From assembly GCA_030151845.1 (NCBI GenBank), contig JASLCM010000265.1:1-33750 (forward strand): DNA of 33,750 bases. The letters are read 5' to 3'. Origin of the DNA: Bacteroides sp. Lineage in GTDB: Bacteria > Bacteroidota > Bacteroidia > Bacteroidales > Bacteroidaceae. This document shows, in pieces, positions 16,524 through 24,980 of this stretch (position 1 is the first letter of the stretch; every line of letters begins with the position of its first letter). The translations under genes and the position numbers were made by a program. Below the pieces are notes generated by a model. That model did no database searches. It was not told where the DNA came from and saw nothing but the letters and a program-made list of their open reading frames with translations.

Positions 16524-17744
16524 ATGAAACATTACCACTATACTCTTTCTAATGGATTGCGAATTATATATGAACCTACTGTGAGCAATGTTGCTTACTG
16601 TGGTTTTATTGTAAACGCGGGAACTCGTGATGAAAATGAAGATGAGCAGGGAATGGCACACTTTATTGAGCATATGTTGTTTAAAGGGACAGCACATCGA
16701 AAGGCTTGGCATATTTTAAATCGAATGGAGAGTGTGGGAGGGGAGTTAAATGCATATACTACGAAGGAGGAGACTGTGATCTATTCTGCTTTCTTAACGG
16801 CATATTTCTCAAGAGCATTTGAACTACTTACTGATATTGTTTTTTACTCTAGTTTCCCTCAAAAAGAGCTGGAAAAAGAGAAGAAAGTGGTCTTAGATGA
16901 AATAAGAAGCTACGAGGATGTTCCCTCTGACTTGATTTTTGATGAGTATGAGGAGCTTATGTTTGAAGGACACGCTTTAGGTAAGCCGATACTTGGTACT
17001 CCACAGTCGGTTCAAACCTTTGACGTAGAGAAAACTACTGCTTATTATCGTCGCTTTTATAGGCCTGATAATATGGTTTTTTTTGTGCGAGGAAATCTAG
17101 ACTTTAAAAAAATTGTAAGACAAGCAGAACAGCTGCTTTACCTCCCCAAGAGTAGTAGAAATATACCTGCCAGACAGGAACCTACGGAACTTGTGGTTGC
17201 TAGTAAAAAAGTAAAGAGAGATACCTCACAGGCACATGTTGTTCTTGGACACCATACTTTTGGATTACATGATAGTAGACGTTTAGCATTTAGTTTGCTC
17301 AATAACATTTTAGGAGGACCAGGAATGAATAGTAGGCTAAATGTCTCGTTGCGTGAACAGGAGGGGCTGGTTTACTCGATCGAATCCAATTTAACACTTT
17401 ACTCCGATAGTGGCTTATTCTCTATCTATTTTGGAACAAATCCAGAAGATTATGCGCACTGTTTAGATTTAATTCATTTTGAACTAAAACGACTCCGTAC
17501 TCGAAAATTATCCAGCTTTCAATTGAACAAGGCAAAAAAACAATTTATTGGACAGCTCGCTATGTTGTCCGATCAGAATGAAAGTGCAGCTATTGGTTTA
17601 GGTCGTAGTTATCTACACTACAACCGATACAACGCTTTGGAGGATGTTTTGGATAAAATAGAGAAGATAGAGAGTACAGATCTTTTATCATTAGCGAATG
17701 AGTTTCTTCATGAAGACAAACAGGTATCACTCTCTTACTTGTAG
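16524..17744 (+). CDS. M16 family zinc metallopeptidase
   Basis: TLSNGLRI, inverted zinc motif HFIEH in GMAHFIEHMLFKGT, LNAYT, VVLDE, LGGPGMNSRL...LRE..GLVY. ATG 16524 preferred over GTG 16479. Confidence 0.94.
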   Translation: MKHYHYTLSNGLRIIYEPTVSNVAYCGFIVNAGTRDENEDEQGMAHFIEHMLFKGTAHRKAWHILNRMESVGGELNAYTTKEETVIYSAFLTAYFSRAFELLTDIVFYSSFPQKELEKEKKVVLDEIRSYEDVPSDLIFDEYEELMFEGHALGKPILGTPQSVQTFDVEKTTAYYRRFYRPDNMVFFVRGNLDFKKIVRQAEQLLYLPKSSRNIPARQEPTELVVASKKVKRDTSQAHVVLGHHTFGLHDSRRLAFSLLNNILGGPGMNSRLNVSLREQEGLVYSIESNLTLYSDSGLFSIYFGTNPEDYAHCLDLIHFELKRLRTRKLSSFQLNKAKKQFIGQLAMLSDQNESAAIGLGRSYLHYNRYNALEDVLDKIEKIESTDLLSLANEFLHEDKQVSLSYL

Positions 17745-18382
17745 CTTGTTGTTAGTAAAACAAGGCTTTCTGGTCCCATATTAAAAAGTAGGTCAATGAT
17801 ACTAAGATTACTACAGAATTTATACTTATGCCTAAACACCTGGTAATAGGGTAGGCTAATAAAGTTGGGGTCTATACTCTCCTCTATTTTCGGGTGAATA
17901 AGCTCTCTAAAGTCATCTTTATCCTTGCTAGGAGTTTCAAGATACTCTGTGGTAAGCTGCCAGTTGGGATCAATGTCTATTAAATCACAGATGAGTGTTA
18001 AGAGATCAAGATTATAGTCTAAGAGGTAGGTATATTTTTTTTCATAAAAAGGAGCGAAATAATCTTGGTAATAAAGAAAATAAGGGGTGTTGTTATATGC
18101 CGATTCAATGGCATTCCAGTGTTGATGTCGCCAATTATCATGCTCTGATATTTTAACCTCTTTCATTTTTACCTTTTTGCTCTCTTTTTCTACAGGGATT
18201 GAGAGGCTTAAAGGGCCATTTGGGGATAAAATTTGGCATCTGTTTCTATAGGTTTGTTTGTTGTAGTTATCAAACTGCTCAATAAGAACCTCCTTATATT
18301 TGATTAATTTGGTGAAGTACTGAATAGGAGGAAGATAGGCAGAACTAAGTATGGCTGTTTTTATCTCTTCTTGGGTAGGCAT
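17735..18382 (-). CDS. WbqC-like family protein
   Basis: YLPPIQYF, KQTYRNRC, LSIPV, AYNNTPYF, YYQVF, NLSIIDLLFNMGP. Confidence 0.88.
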   Translation of the reverse strand: MPTQEEIKTAILSSAYLPPIQYFTKLIKYKEVLIEQFDNYNKQTYRNRCQILSPNGPLSLSIPVEKESKKVKMKEVKISEHDNWRHQHWNAIESAYNNTPYFLYYQDYFAPFYEKKYTYLLDYNLDLLTLICDLIDIDPNWQLTTEYLETPSKDKDDFRELIHPKIEESIDPNFISLPYYQVFRHKYKFCSNLSIIDLLFNMGPESLVLLTTSYK

Positions 18383-18386
18383 AAAT

Positions 18387-19298
18387 TTAGTTTACAAGTT
18401 TAAGAATTCGGTTCCATCGAATAGTGCCTGGAGGTGTGGTTCTTTTTGAAAACCAAATGAAAGAGGCTTTTCCGATAATGTGGTCCTTGGGAACAAAACC
18501 AAAGAATCTAGAGTCCATAATATTTTCCATTGTGTTGGAGCCCACCCAAAAGTACTCTTTCTGAAAACTAACTTTTGTAACAGGCTTTTTATTCAAATAG
18601 AATTGATTATTGATAATGGCGACCTCCTGATTCTCGTGAATAAGTAGTGTATTTCTTAATAATGTTTGGTTGAAAGGGGTAATTGTGATGGAATCTCCAG
18701 CTCGAGGAATAACAAGAGGATACAATTGCCTTGTTTTTTGTATAGGAGTTAATGCAAGTGTGTGATCTGATTTTTGCTGGGTTAGATAATATTCATATCT
18801 ACTAAGAACTACTTGATGCGGAGAGTTGTGTTTTATACTACTCGTCTCTATTTGCAAGAGAGAAAGAATCGAGTCGAGAAGTGGCTTTTGCTCTAAACGG
18901 AAGGTATACAACTGTTTATAATCAGGATGTAAACCTTGGGTTAGCTCTTGAGCTGTAAATAGAGAGTCGACCCAGAGAGTATCTCCAGGAACACCTATAC
19001 ACCGACTAATGAAGTGCTCTTTCTTAGGAAGAGGAAGGCTTGAGTTTTTCGGATTATTAAAAAGAACAATGTCATTTTTAGTCACCTCTTTCTCTCTCCA
19101 TCGGGCACTAAATCCTAATGAATTTGTACGAAAACCATAGCTCCATTTATTTATGATTACTCGATCACCAGGAAGGAGGGAATTCTCCATTCCAGAAGAA
19201 GGTATTGTACATGAGGAGAATAAAAAAGTGCGTAGCAAGAATACGAGTATTCCTGCTACAGCTAAAGAATAGAGCCATTTTAACCCTTTTCTCATCAT
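18387..19298 (-). CDS. Signal peptidase I (S26) paralog with degenerate catalytic residues
   Basis: N-terminal TM; box B IPSSGMENSLLPGD, box D FISRCIGVPGD, box E GSNTMENIMDSRFFGFVP..HIIGKA. Confidence 0.87.
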   Translation of the reverse strand: MMRKGLKWLYSLAVAGILVFLLRTFLFSSCTIPSSGMENSLLPGDRVIINKWSYGFRTNSLGFSARWREKEVTKNDIVLFNNPKNSSLPLPKKEHFISRCIGVPGDTLWVDSLFTAQELTQGLHPDYKQLYTFRLEQKPLLDSILSLLQIETSSIKHNSPHQVVLSRYEYYLTQQKSDHTLALTPIQKTRQLYPLVIPRAGDSITITPFNQTLLRNTLLIHENQEVAIINNQFYLNKKPVTKVSFQKEYFWVGSNTMENIMDSRFFGFVPKDHIIGKASFIWFSKRTTPPGTIRWNRILKLVN

Positions 19299-20783
19299 TT
19301 AATGAACAAATTTAAAGAACCTATTCCATCTGATTTTTCCGTCGAACCAGCCTTTGTCTTTATCTAGGGATAACCAAACGACTATCGGTTTACCTACAAT
19401 GTGATCTTCCGGAACAAAACCCCAATACCTTGAATCAGCCGAGTTGTGTCTGTTATCGCCCATCATCCAAAAGTAATCCATAGTAAAGGTGTAGCTTTCT
19501 CTCTTTTCTCCATTAATATAGATCCCATCTTCTCTTTTCTCAAGGGAATTTCCCTCATAAGCAACAATGCATCTCTCATATAAAGGTAGGTTGTCGTAAG
19601 TAAGAGGTATAGTTTCTCCCTTTTTAGGAATCCATAGAGGACCGTAGTTGTTGCGATCCCACTGGTGTTTTTTATTGAGAGGATAAAGAACACTACCATA
19701 GAGTTCTGGCTCCATCACAATCTTGCTAACTAGCTTTTTATTGGCTGCTAGGGATTGGTGCATCTTTTTTGTAAGAGGTAGATGGTAGATTGGAGCTAAT
19801 CTATTGTGTTGATCAAGCGTAGTTAAGCCAATTTTAGCAAGTTCTTGCTCCCAGCCAGAGTGAGGTGAAAGCAAAATTTGGTCATCTTTACTAATTCCTA
19901 AATCTTCAAAAATACTTTCGGGAATGATTGCTCCATTAGTTTGTACAAAGTAGTTAAACTGTACTCCTTCGATAGCTTCTTGAGGAACTCCATTAATATA
20001 AACAACCCCCTCTTTTAGTTCAAAAGTGTCACCTGGAAGAGCTAAGCAACGTTTTACATAGTTTTCTCTTCTATCTACGGGTCTATAGATGGTTTTTCCG
20101 TAAATGGATGAGGCCTGTTTGATGCGTTCACTACCTAAGTTATATATCTGTTCATACACCTTAGTTTGCTCATACAAACTTAGACTATCCCATTCGGTAG
20201 TTGGTTTATAGTTTTTTTTACCCTCTTCGTAAGCTAAGCTATAAAAATCTGTATGTTGAAAATGTGTAGCTACAGTATCTCCAGCAGGAAAATTAAAGAC
20301 AACAATATCATTTCTTTTTATTTTTCCCCATCCTGAAACTCTTTTGTAAGGCCACTGTGGCCATTCAATGTAGGATTTACTGCCGGTTATGGGCATGGTA
20401 TGTTGTGTTAATGGCATAGAGAGAGGAGTGTTAGGCACTCTAGGTCCATAACTTACTTTACTTACATAAAGATAGTCTCCTACGAGTAGTGTCTTTTCTA
20501 ACGATGATGAGGGTATTTGATAGTTTTGAAAGACAAAGGTATTGACAAAGTAGACTGCAATGAGAGCAAATACAATTGCATCAACCCAGCCCATAATACC
20601 TTTTACCAAGGGATTGGTACTCTTTTTCCAAAAAGTCCAAGGAATGTACTTGGTTATGTAGGCATCGAATAGCAATGGGAGAATAAGCAGGCCCAACCAA
20701 CTTTTAACCCAGATGAGAAAAAGAAGGTAGAGCGCTAAAACGATGCCAAACTTTATCCATTGTTTGCGTTGAATGTTTTTCAT
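19299..20783 (-). CDS. lepB: Signal peptidase I
   Basis: IPSSSLEKTLLVGD (catalytic Ser), YVKRCLALPGD (catalytic Lys), MGDNRHNSADSRYWGFVP. Confidence 0.96.
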   Translation of the reverse strand: MKNIQRKQWIKFGIVLALYLLFLIWVKSWLGLLILPLLFDAYITKYIPWTFWKKSTNPLVKGIMGWVDAIVFALIAVYFVNTFVFQNYQIPSSSLEKTLLVGDYLYVSKVSYGPRVPNTPLSMPLTQHTMPITGSKSYIEWPQWPYKRVSGWGKIKRNDIVVFNFPAGDTVATHFQHTDFYSLAYEEGKKNYKPTTEWDSLSLYEQTKVYEQIYNLGSERIKQASSIYGKTIYRPVDRRENYVKRCLALPGDTFELKEGVVYINGVPQEAIEGVQFNYFVQTNGAIIPESIFEDLGISKDDQILLSPHSGWEQELAKIGLTTLDQHNRLAPIYHLPLTKKMHQSLAANKKLVSKIVMEPELYGSVLYPLNKKHQWDRNNYGPLWIPKKGETIPLTYDNLPLYERCIVAYEGNSLEKREDGIYINGEKRESYTFTMDYFWMMGDNRHNSADSRYWGFVPEDHIVGKPIVVWLSLDKDKGWFDGKIRWNRFFKFVH

Positions 20784-20789
20784 GAAGGT

Positions 20790-21512
20790 CTATTTTAAGA
20801 AAGGAAATAAATCGTTCATACCCAAGAAGCCTTGATGTTTCGCAGTAAACTCTGCAGCCAACACAGCGCCAATCGCAAATCCTTTTCTGCTTTTTGCTTC
20901 ATGGGTGATGGTTATAGTGTCTGCTTCAGAACTGTATTGAACAGAATGAATGCCTGGAACTTCACCTTCACGAATAGAGTGTATTGCTAAATCTGTAGGA
21001 GACTCCTCTTTTTCTTTGGTCCATTGACTTTTTCGCTCTAGCTCCTTAAGGATACCTTCGGCTAAAGTAATGGCAGTTCCACTAGGAGCGTCTAGCTTAT
21101 GCATGTGGTGAGTCTCCGTCATTGAGACATCGTAGTCGTTAAACTGATTCATTATTTTTGCCAAGTGAGAGTTTACTGCCGAGAAAATAGCAACTCCAAG
21201 GCTAAAATTAGATGACCAAAAAAGGGTATTCCCATTTTTACATCTCGCTTTAATCTCCTCTTGGTGTTTATCCAACCAGCCAGTGGTTCCTGAGACAACC
21301 TTAACTCCTGCTTCAAAGGCTTTTATGTAGTTTGAATAGGCAGAGTCTGGTCGAGTAAACTCAATAGCAACATCTGCACTTTTAAACTCTTTGCTTGAGA
21401 AATCTTGAGCGTTATTGACATCAATAACGGAAACTATTTTGTGGCCTCGGCTAAGAGCTACCTTTTCGATCTCTTTGCCCATTTTGCCGTATCCAATTAA
21501 TGCTATATTCAT
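20790..21512 (-). CDS. dapB: 4-hydroxy-tetrahydrodipicolinate reductase
   Basis: IGYGKMG, GTTG, NFSLG, ETHHMHKLDAPSGTA, R.GFA.GA. Confidence 0.97.
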   Translation of the reverse strand: MNIALIGYGKMGKEIEKVALSRGHKIVSVIDVNNAQDFSSKEFKSADVAIEFTRPDSAYSNYIKAFEAGVKVVSGTTGWLDKHQEEIKARCKNGNTLFWSSNFSLGVAIFSAVNSHLAKIMNQFNDYDVSMTETHHMHKLDAPSGTAITLAEGILKELERKSQWTKEKEESPTDLAIHSIREGEVPGIHSVQYSSEADTITITHEAKSRKGFAIGAVLAAEFTAKHQGFLGMNDLFPFLK

Positions 21513-21550
21513 AATGTTAATATACTTACTTTTATGGGATGTTTATAATG

Positions 21551-21558
21551 CAAAGATA
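21551..21558 (-). promoter_or_regulatory. -7 promoter box for dapB-lepB-lepB paralog-wbqC
   Basis: CAAAGATA on plus = TATCTTTG on minus, 38 nt upstream of ATG 21512. Confidence 0.6.
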
Positions 21559-21568
21559 AGATTTTTAT

Positions 21569-21576
21569 TAAATTTG
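21569..21576 (+). promoter_or_regulatory. -7 promoter box for the DUF2851 gene
   Basis: TAAATTTG, 23 nt upstream of ATG 21600. Confidence 0.55.
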
Positions 21577-21599
21577 TTAAGCGATTATCAACTTGTTAT

Positions 21600-22889
21600 A
21601 TGGAGCTGTTATTGCACTATTTGTGGAAAAATAAATTTTTTCCACAGCAAAATCAAAAAACGACCAATGGTACTCCTATAGAGATCATTGATGTTGGTCA
21701 GCCTAATTATAATGCGGGGCCAGACTTTTTTAACTCAAAAGTAAAAATTGATGGTTGTACGTGGGCTGGCAATATTGAGATTCATAATCGTTCCTCTGAA
21801 TGGAGAAAACATGGACACCACACAGATAGTCGATATAACTCGGTCATCCTTCATGTTGTATTAGTGGCTGATGTAGAGGTTTCTAATGCTTTAGGAAATA
21901 CAATTCCACAATTTGTTTTACCTCTAGCCAACTTACTCGAAAGGAAGGCTGATGAACTTTTGAGTAAAAGTAGGTTGCCTAAATGTTACGCTTCCCTTCC
22001 TTCTCTAAAGAAGATAGATCTACTTGCTTGGTTAGATGCATTACTAATTGAACGTTTGGAAGAACGAGCTGTTATTTTATACGAATGGCTAGTTGCTGTG
22101 AACTTTAGATGGAGTGATGTATTATTTATCTCTCTGTCTCGCTCCTTTGGCTTGGGAGTAAATAGCTTTTGCTTTGAGCAATGGGCCTTATCTCTCCCTT
22201 TTCATGCCTTAGATAAGCACAGAGATAATTTATTTCAGTTAGAGGCTATTTTTTTTGGTATGGCTGGAGTCTTTGAACAGAAAGATCTTGTTTTAGATGC
22301 TTATGCTAGAGCGTTAGAGAAAGAGTATAACTTCCTCTCTTATAAATTTGGGCTAACGTGTTGTAAGGGGTTAGACTGGAAAATGTTTAAGATAAGACCT
22401 CAGGCTTTTCCTTATTTAAAGATAGCTCAACTAGCCTATATCTATTCTCATTTACCTCTTTTAGTCTCCTCCTTCTTAACTGTAAAGGATGAAAGGAGCT
22501 TAGCTCTCCTCCTTAAGGTTGGAACCTCATCTTATTGGGAAAATCACTTTCGATTTGCTGCAGAAACGAAAAGAAAAAAGGTGGGGATAGGTAAAAAAAT
22601 AATTTCGTTAGTTTTTATAAATACTATAGTGCCCTTTGTTTATCTTTATGGAAAGAACAGACCTCACTCAGAGTTTTGTGAGCAGGCTGTAGGTCTGTTA
22701 GAAAAGGTTAAGGCTGAAGATAATTACATTACGCGGGCATGGAGATCCTCTGGTGTAATACTAGAGAGTGCAGCAGACTCTCAGGCGATACTACAGTTGG
22801 ATAAAAGGTATTGCAGTGCAAAGAAGTGTCTTTATTGTAGAATAGGGTTTATTCATCTTAAGGGTGCTTGCTTATCGGCTAAAAAATAG
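21600..22889 (+). CDS. DUF2851 family protein
   Basis: MELLLHYLWK, AGPDF, WAGNIEIH, W..HGHHTD..YNSVILHVV, RPQAFP, C-terminal C..KKCLYC. Confidence 0.88.
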   Translation: MELLLHYLWKNKFFPQQNQKTTNGTPIEIIDVGQPNYNAGPDFFNSKVKIDGCTWAGNIEIHNRSSEWRKHGHHTDSRYNSVILHVVLVADVEVSNALGNTIPQFVLPLANLLERKADELLSKSRLPKCYASLPSLKKIDLLAWLDALLIERLEERAVILYEWLVAVNFRWSDVLFISLSRSFGLGVNSFCFEQWALSLPFHALDKHRDNLFQLEAIFFGMAGVFEQKDLVLDAYARALEKEYNFLSYKFGLTCCKGLDWKMFKIRPQAFPYLKIAQLAYIYSHLPLLVSSFLTVKDERSLALLLKVGTSSYWENHFRFAAETKRKKVGIGKKIISLVFINTIVPFVYLYGKNRPHSEFCEQAVGLLEKVKAEDNYITRAWRSSGVILESAADSQAILQLDKRYCSAKKCLYCRIGFIHLKGACLSAKK

Positions 22890-22945
22890 CTTTTTAGTCA
22901 AAATATTTATAATCCTTTCAATTTATATGTATGTTAACTAAAACA

Positions 22946-23446
22946 ATGAAGTATAGAACAATCTTGCTAATAGCGATTCTCTCCTTTCCTTTTACTCTTC
23001 ATGCACAGGAGGAGGACTTTGGAGCTTTCCTAAAACAATTTACCTCTAGTGCATCGTTTCAAATGGAGCGTATTCAATTTCCTTTAAAATCATCTATTGT
23101 GCTTTACAATGAGGTGGAAGATAGAGATGAGCAAATCCCTTTCACGAAGGAACTTTGGCCTCTTGTTGGAGAAGAGATCTTTAAAGTTGGGCGTACACCA
23201 TTGGATGAGGGTGGAGTATATTTGAGTCACTTCAGGGTAGATACTAAAAATAAAAAGGTTTTTGAGGCAGGTTTGGAGGAGTCTGAGCTCGATTTAAAGA
23301 TAGAGTTTAACCGTATAAATGGGAAGTGGTATGTTGTTGATTGCTACACTGCATGGTATGATTTTAGTCTGCCCTTTGAGGAGTTTCCTGCAGTGAAGCA
23401 ACAAGTTGAAGAAGAGAACAAGAGTTTTAGAGAGGATCATCCTTAG
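22946..23446 (+). CDS. Secreted DUF4348-like protein
   Basis: Signal peptide ending TLHA-QEEDF (Gln after the cleavage site, as usual in Bacteroidetes); F...FTSSASFQMERIQFPL; F.RINGKWY. Start could be 22931. Confidence 0.72.
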   Translation: MKYRTILLIAILSFPFTLHAQEEDFGAFLKQFTSSASFQMERIQFPLKSSIVLYNEVEDRDEQIPFTKELWPLVGEEIFKVGRTPLDEGGVYLSHFRVDTKNKKVFEAGLEESELDLKIEFNRINGKWYVVDCYTAWYDFSLPFEEFPAVKQQVEEENKSFREDHP

Positions 23447-24380
23447 ATTCTTCTTTAGCAACAAGGGCAATGTTCCTTTTTAGCCCGTTATATTTGGTTC
23501 GTTTAACAGCGCTATTTTTAAAGATGGATTGATATTCTTCTTGTGTTAAATCTTGCCATTGTTTCTTGTTGTAGGTGAGTAGCTCTTTTCTCGGTTGGAA
23601 CTCTAAAACATGTGTTGGTTTAGAAAATCGATTCCAAGGACAAGCTTTCAAACACTCGTCACAGCCATAAACATGTTCTTTCATCGCTTTATGGTAACGA
23701 GAGGGGATATCTTCTCTATTTTCAATGGTGAGATAGGATAAACACGAGCGTGAGTCTAATACAAAAGGCTCTATTAATGCTTGTGTGGGGCAGGAATCTA
23801 TGCATCGGGTACAATTTCCACATCTATTTTTTATTGGAGTGTCATATAATAGCTCTAGGTCAATTATTAACTCTCCAAGGAAAAAGCAGGATCCCTTTTT
23901 CGGAATAATGAGTTGCGTGTTCTTGCCAATCCATCCTAGGCCAGCTCTCCAGGCCCAGTAACGTTCTAGGACAGGGGCTGTATCAACAAAAACTCGCCCG
24001 GTAATAGGGTGTAGTTGGGTGTTGATTTTATCAAAGAGCTGCTGAAGCTTTTCCTTCATCACAAGGTGATAGTCGTCTCCATAAGCGTACCAAGAAAATT
24101 GATATCCTTCTTTAGGTTGTAGCTTTGAGGGGTAGTAGTTTAGTGCTAGAGCGATAATGGTTTTTGAACCAGGAACGAGAAGAGCCGGATTCATCCGTTT
24201 ATTGAAGTGGTTTTCTAGGTACTTCATATTGGCCTGATATCCTTCCTTTATCCAACTTAAGAAAAAATTCTGGTTTGCGACCTCTTCAACAGGGGCAAAT
24301 CCACAAGCTTCAAACCCAATCTCCTTGGCTAGCTCTTTAATCTTCTGACTTAATTCCTTCTTCGAATATTTTAAATGCAT
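23427..24380 (-). CDS. queG: tRNA epoxyqueuosine(34) reductase QueG
   Basis: YAYGDDYH, VDTAPVLER, AGLGWIGKN, Fe-S motifs CGNCTRCIDSCP and GCDECLKACPWN, CLSYLTIE. Confidence 0.96.
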   Translation of the reverse strand: MHLKYSKKELSQKIKELAKEIGFEACGFAPVEEVANQNFFLSWIKEGYQANMKYLENHFNKRMNPALLVPGSKTIIALALNYYPSKLQPKEGYQFSWYAYGDDYHLVMKEKLQQLFDKINTQLHPITGRVFVDTAPVLERYWAWRAGLGWIGKNTQLIIPKKGSCFFLGELIIDLELLYDTPIKNRCGNCTRCIDSCPTQALIEPFVLDSRSCLSYLTIENREDIPSRYHKAMKEHVYGCDECLKACPWNRFSKPTHVLEFQPRKELLTYNKKQWQDLTQEEYQSIFKNSAVKRTKYNGLKRNIALVAKEESKDDPL

Positions 24381-24975
24381 ATCCCTCCTCTTTTAGAAAC
24401 TTGATAGCCTTAGGAAGAGCGTATTGAAGATTCCCGTTTTTCCAAGACTTTAGAGAGTCATGAAAGGTTATGATGGAACCGTTTCTAGCATACTTCATTA
24501 CATTAGCTAGAACCTGTGGCCCCCTGAGTTTTTTGCTATAGTCTCTTGTCACCAAGTCCCACATTATTATTTTATAGTAATGTTTTAAAACCATGTATTG
24601 TAGCCATCCCATATGCCCATGTGGTGGTCGGAACAACTTGGTTTGTAGGACCTGATTTGCTTTTTCGGTATTTGCTAAATAGTTTTTAGCCAAGTATTCA
24701 AATCCGCGGATGTGATTGTAGGTGTGATTTCCAATACAGTGTCCTCTGCTTACTACATCTTTATAAATATCCGGATATTTTCTAACGTTATCGCCTACCA
24801 TAAAGAAGGTGGCTTTTACTCCCTCTTTATCGAGTAGTTCAAGAACCCAAGGTGTAACAACAGGTATAGGTCCATCATCGAAAGTTAGATAGACAGAGCG
24901 GTCTGTTGGGTCCATTCTGAAAATAGCACTAGGGTATAATGCCCTAAAAATTTTTGGCGGTTGTTCTATTAACAT
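24337..24975 (-). CDS. Polysaccharide deacetylase (CE4/NodB domain)
   Basis: LTFDDGP, ATFF, NHTYNH, FRPPHG, DY, IITFHD; no obvious signal peptide. Confidence 0.94.
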   Translation of the reverse strand: MLIEQPPKIFRALYPSAIFRMDPTDRSVYLTFDDGPIPVVTPWVLELLDKEGVKATFFMVGDNVRKYPDIYKDVVSRGHCIGNHTYNHIRGFEYLAKNYLANTEKANQVLQTKLFRPPHGHMGWLQYMVLKHYYKIIMWDLVTRDYSKKLRGPQVLANVMKYARNGSIITFHDSLKSWKNGNLQYALPKAIKFLKEEGYAFKIFEEGIKSED

Positions 24976-24980
24976 CCGGT

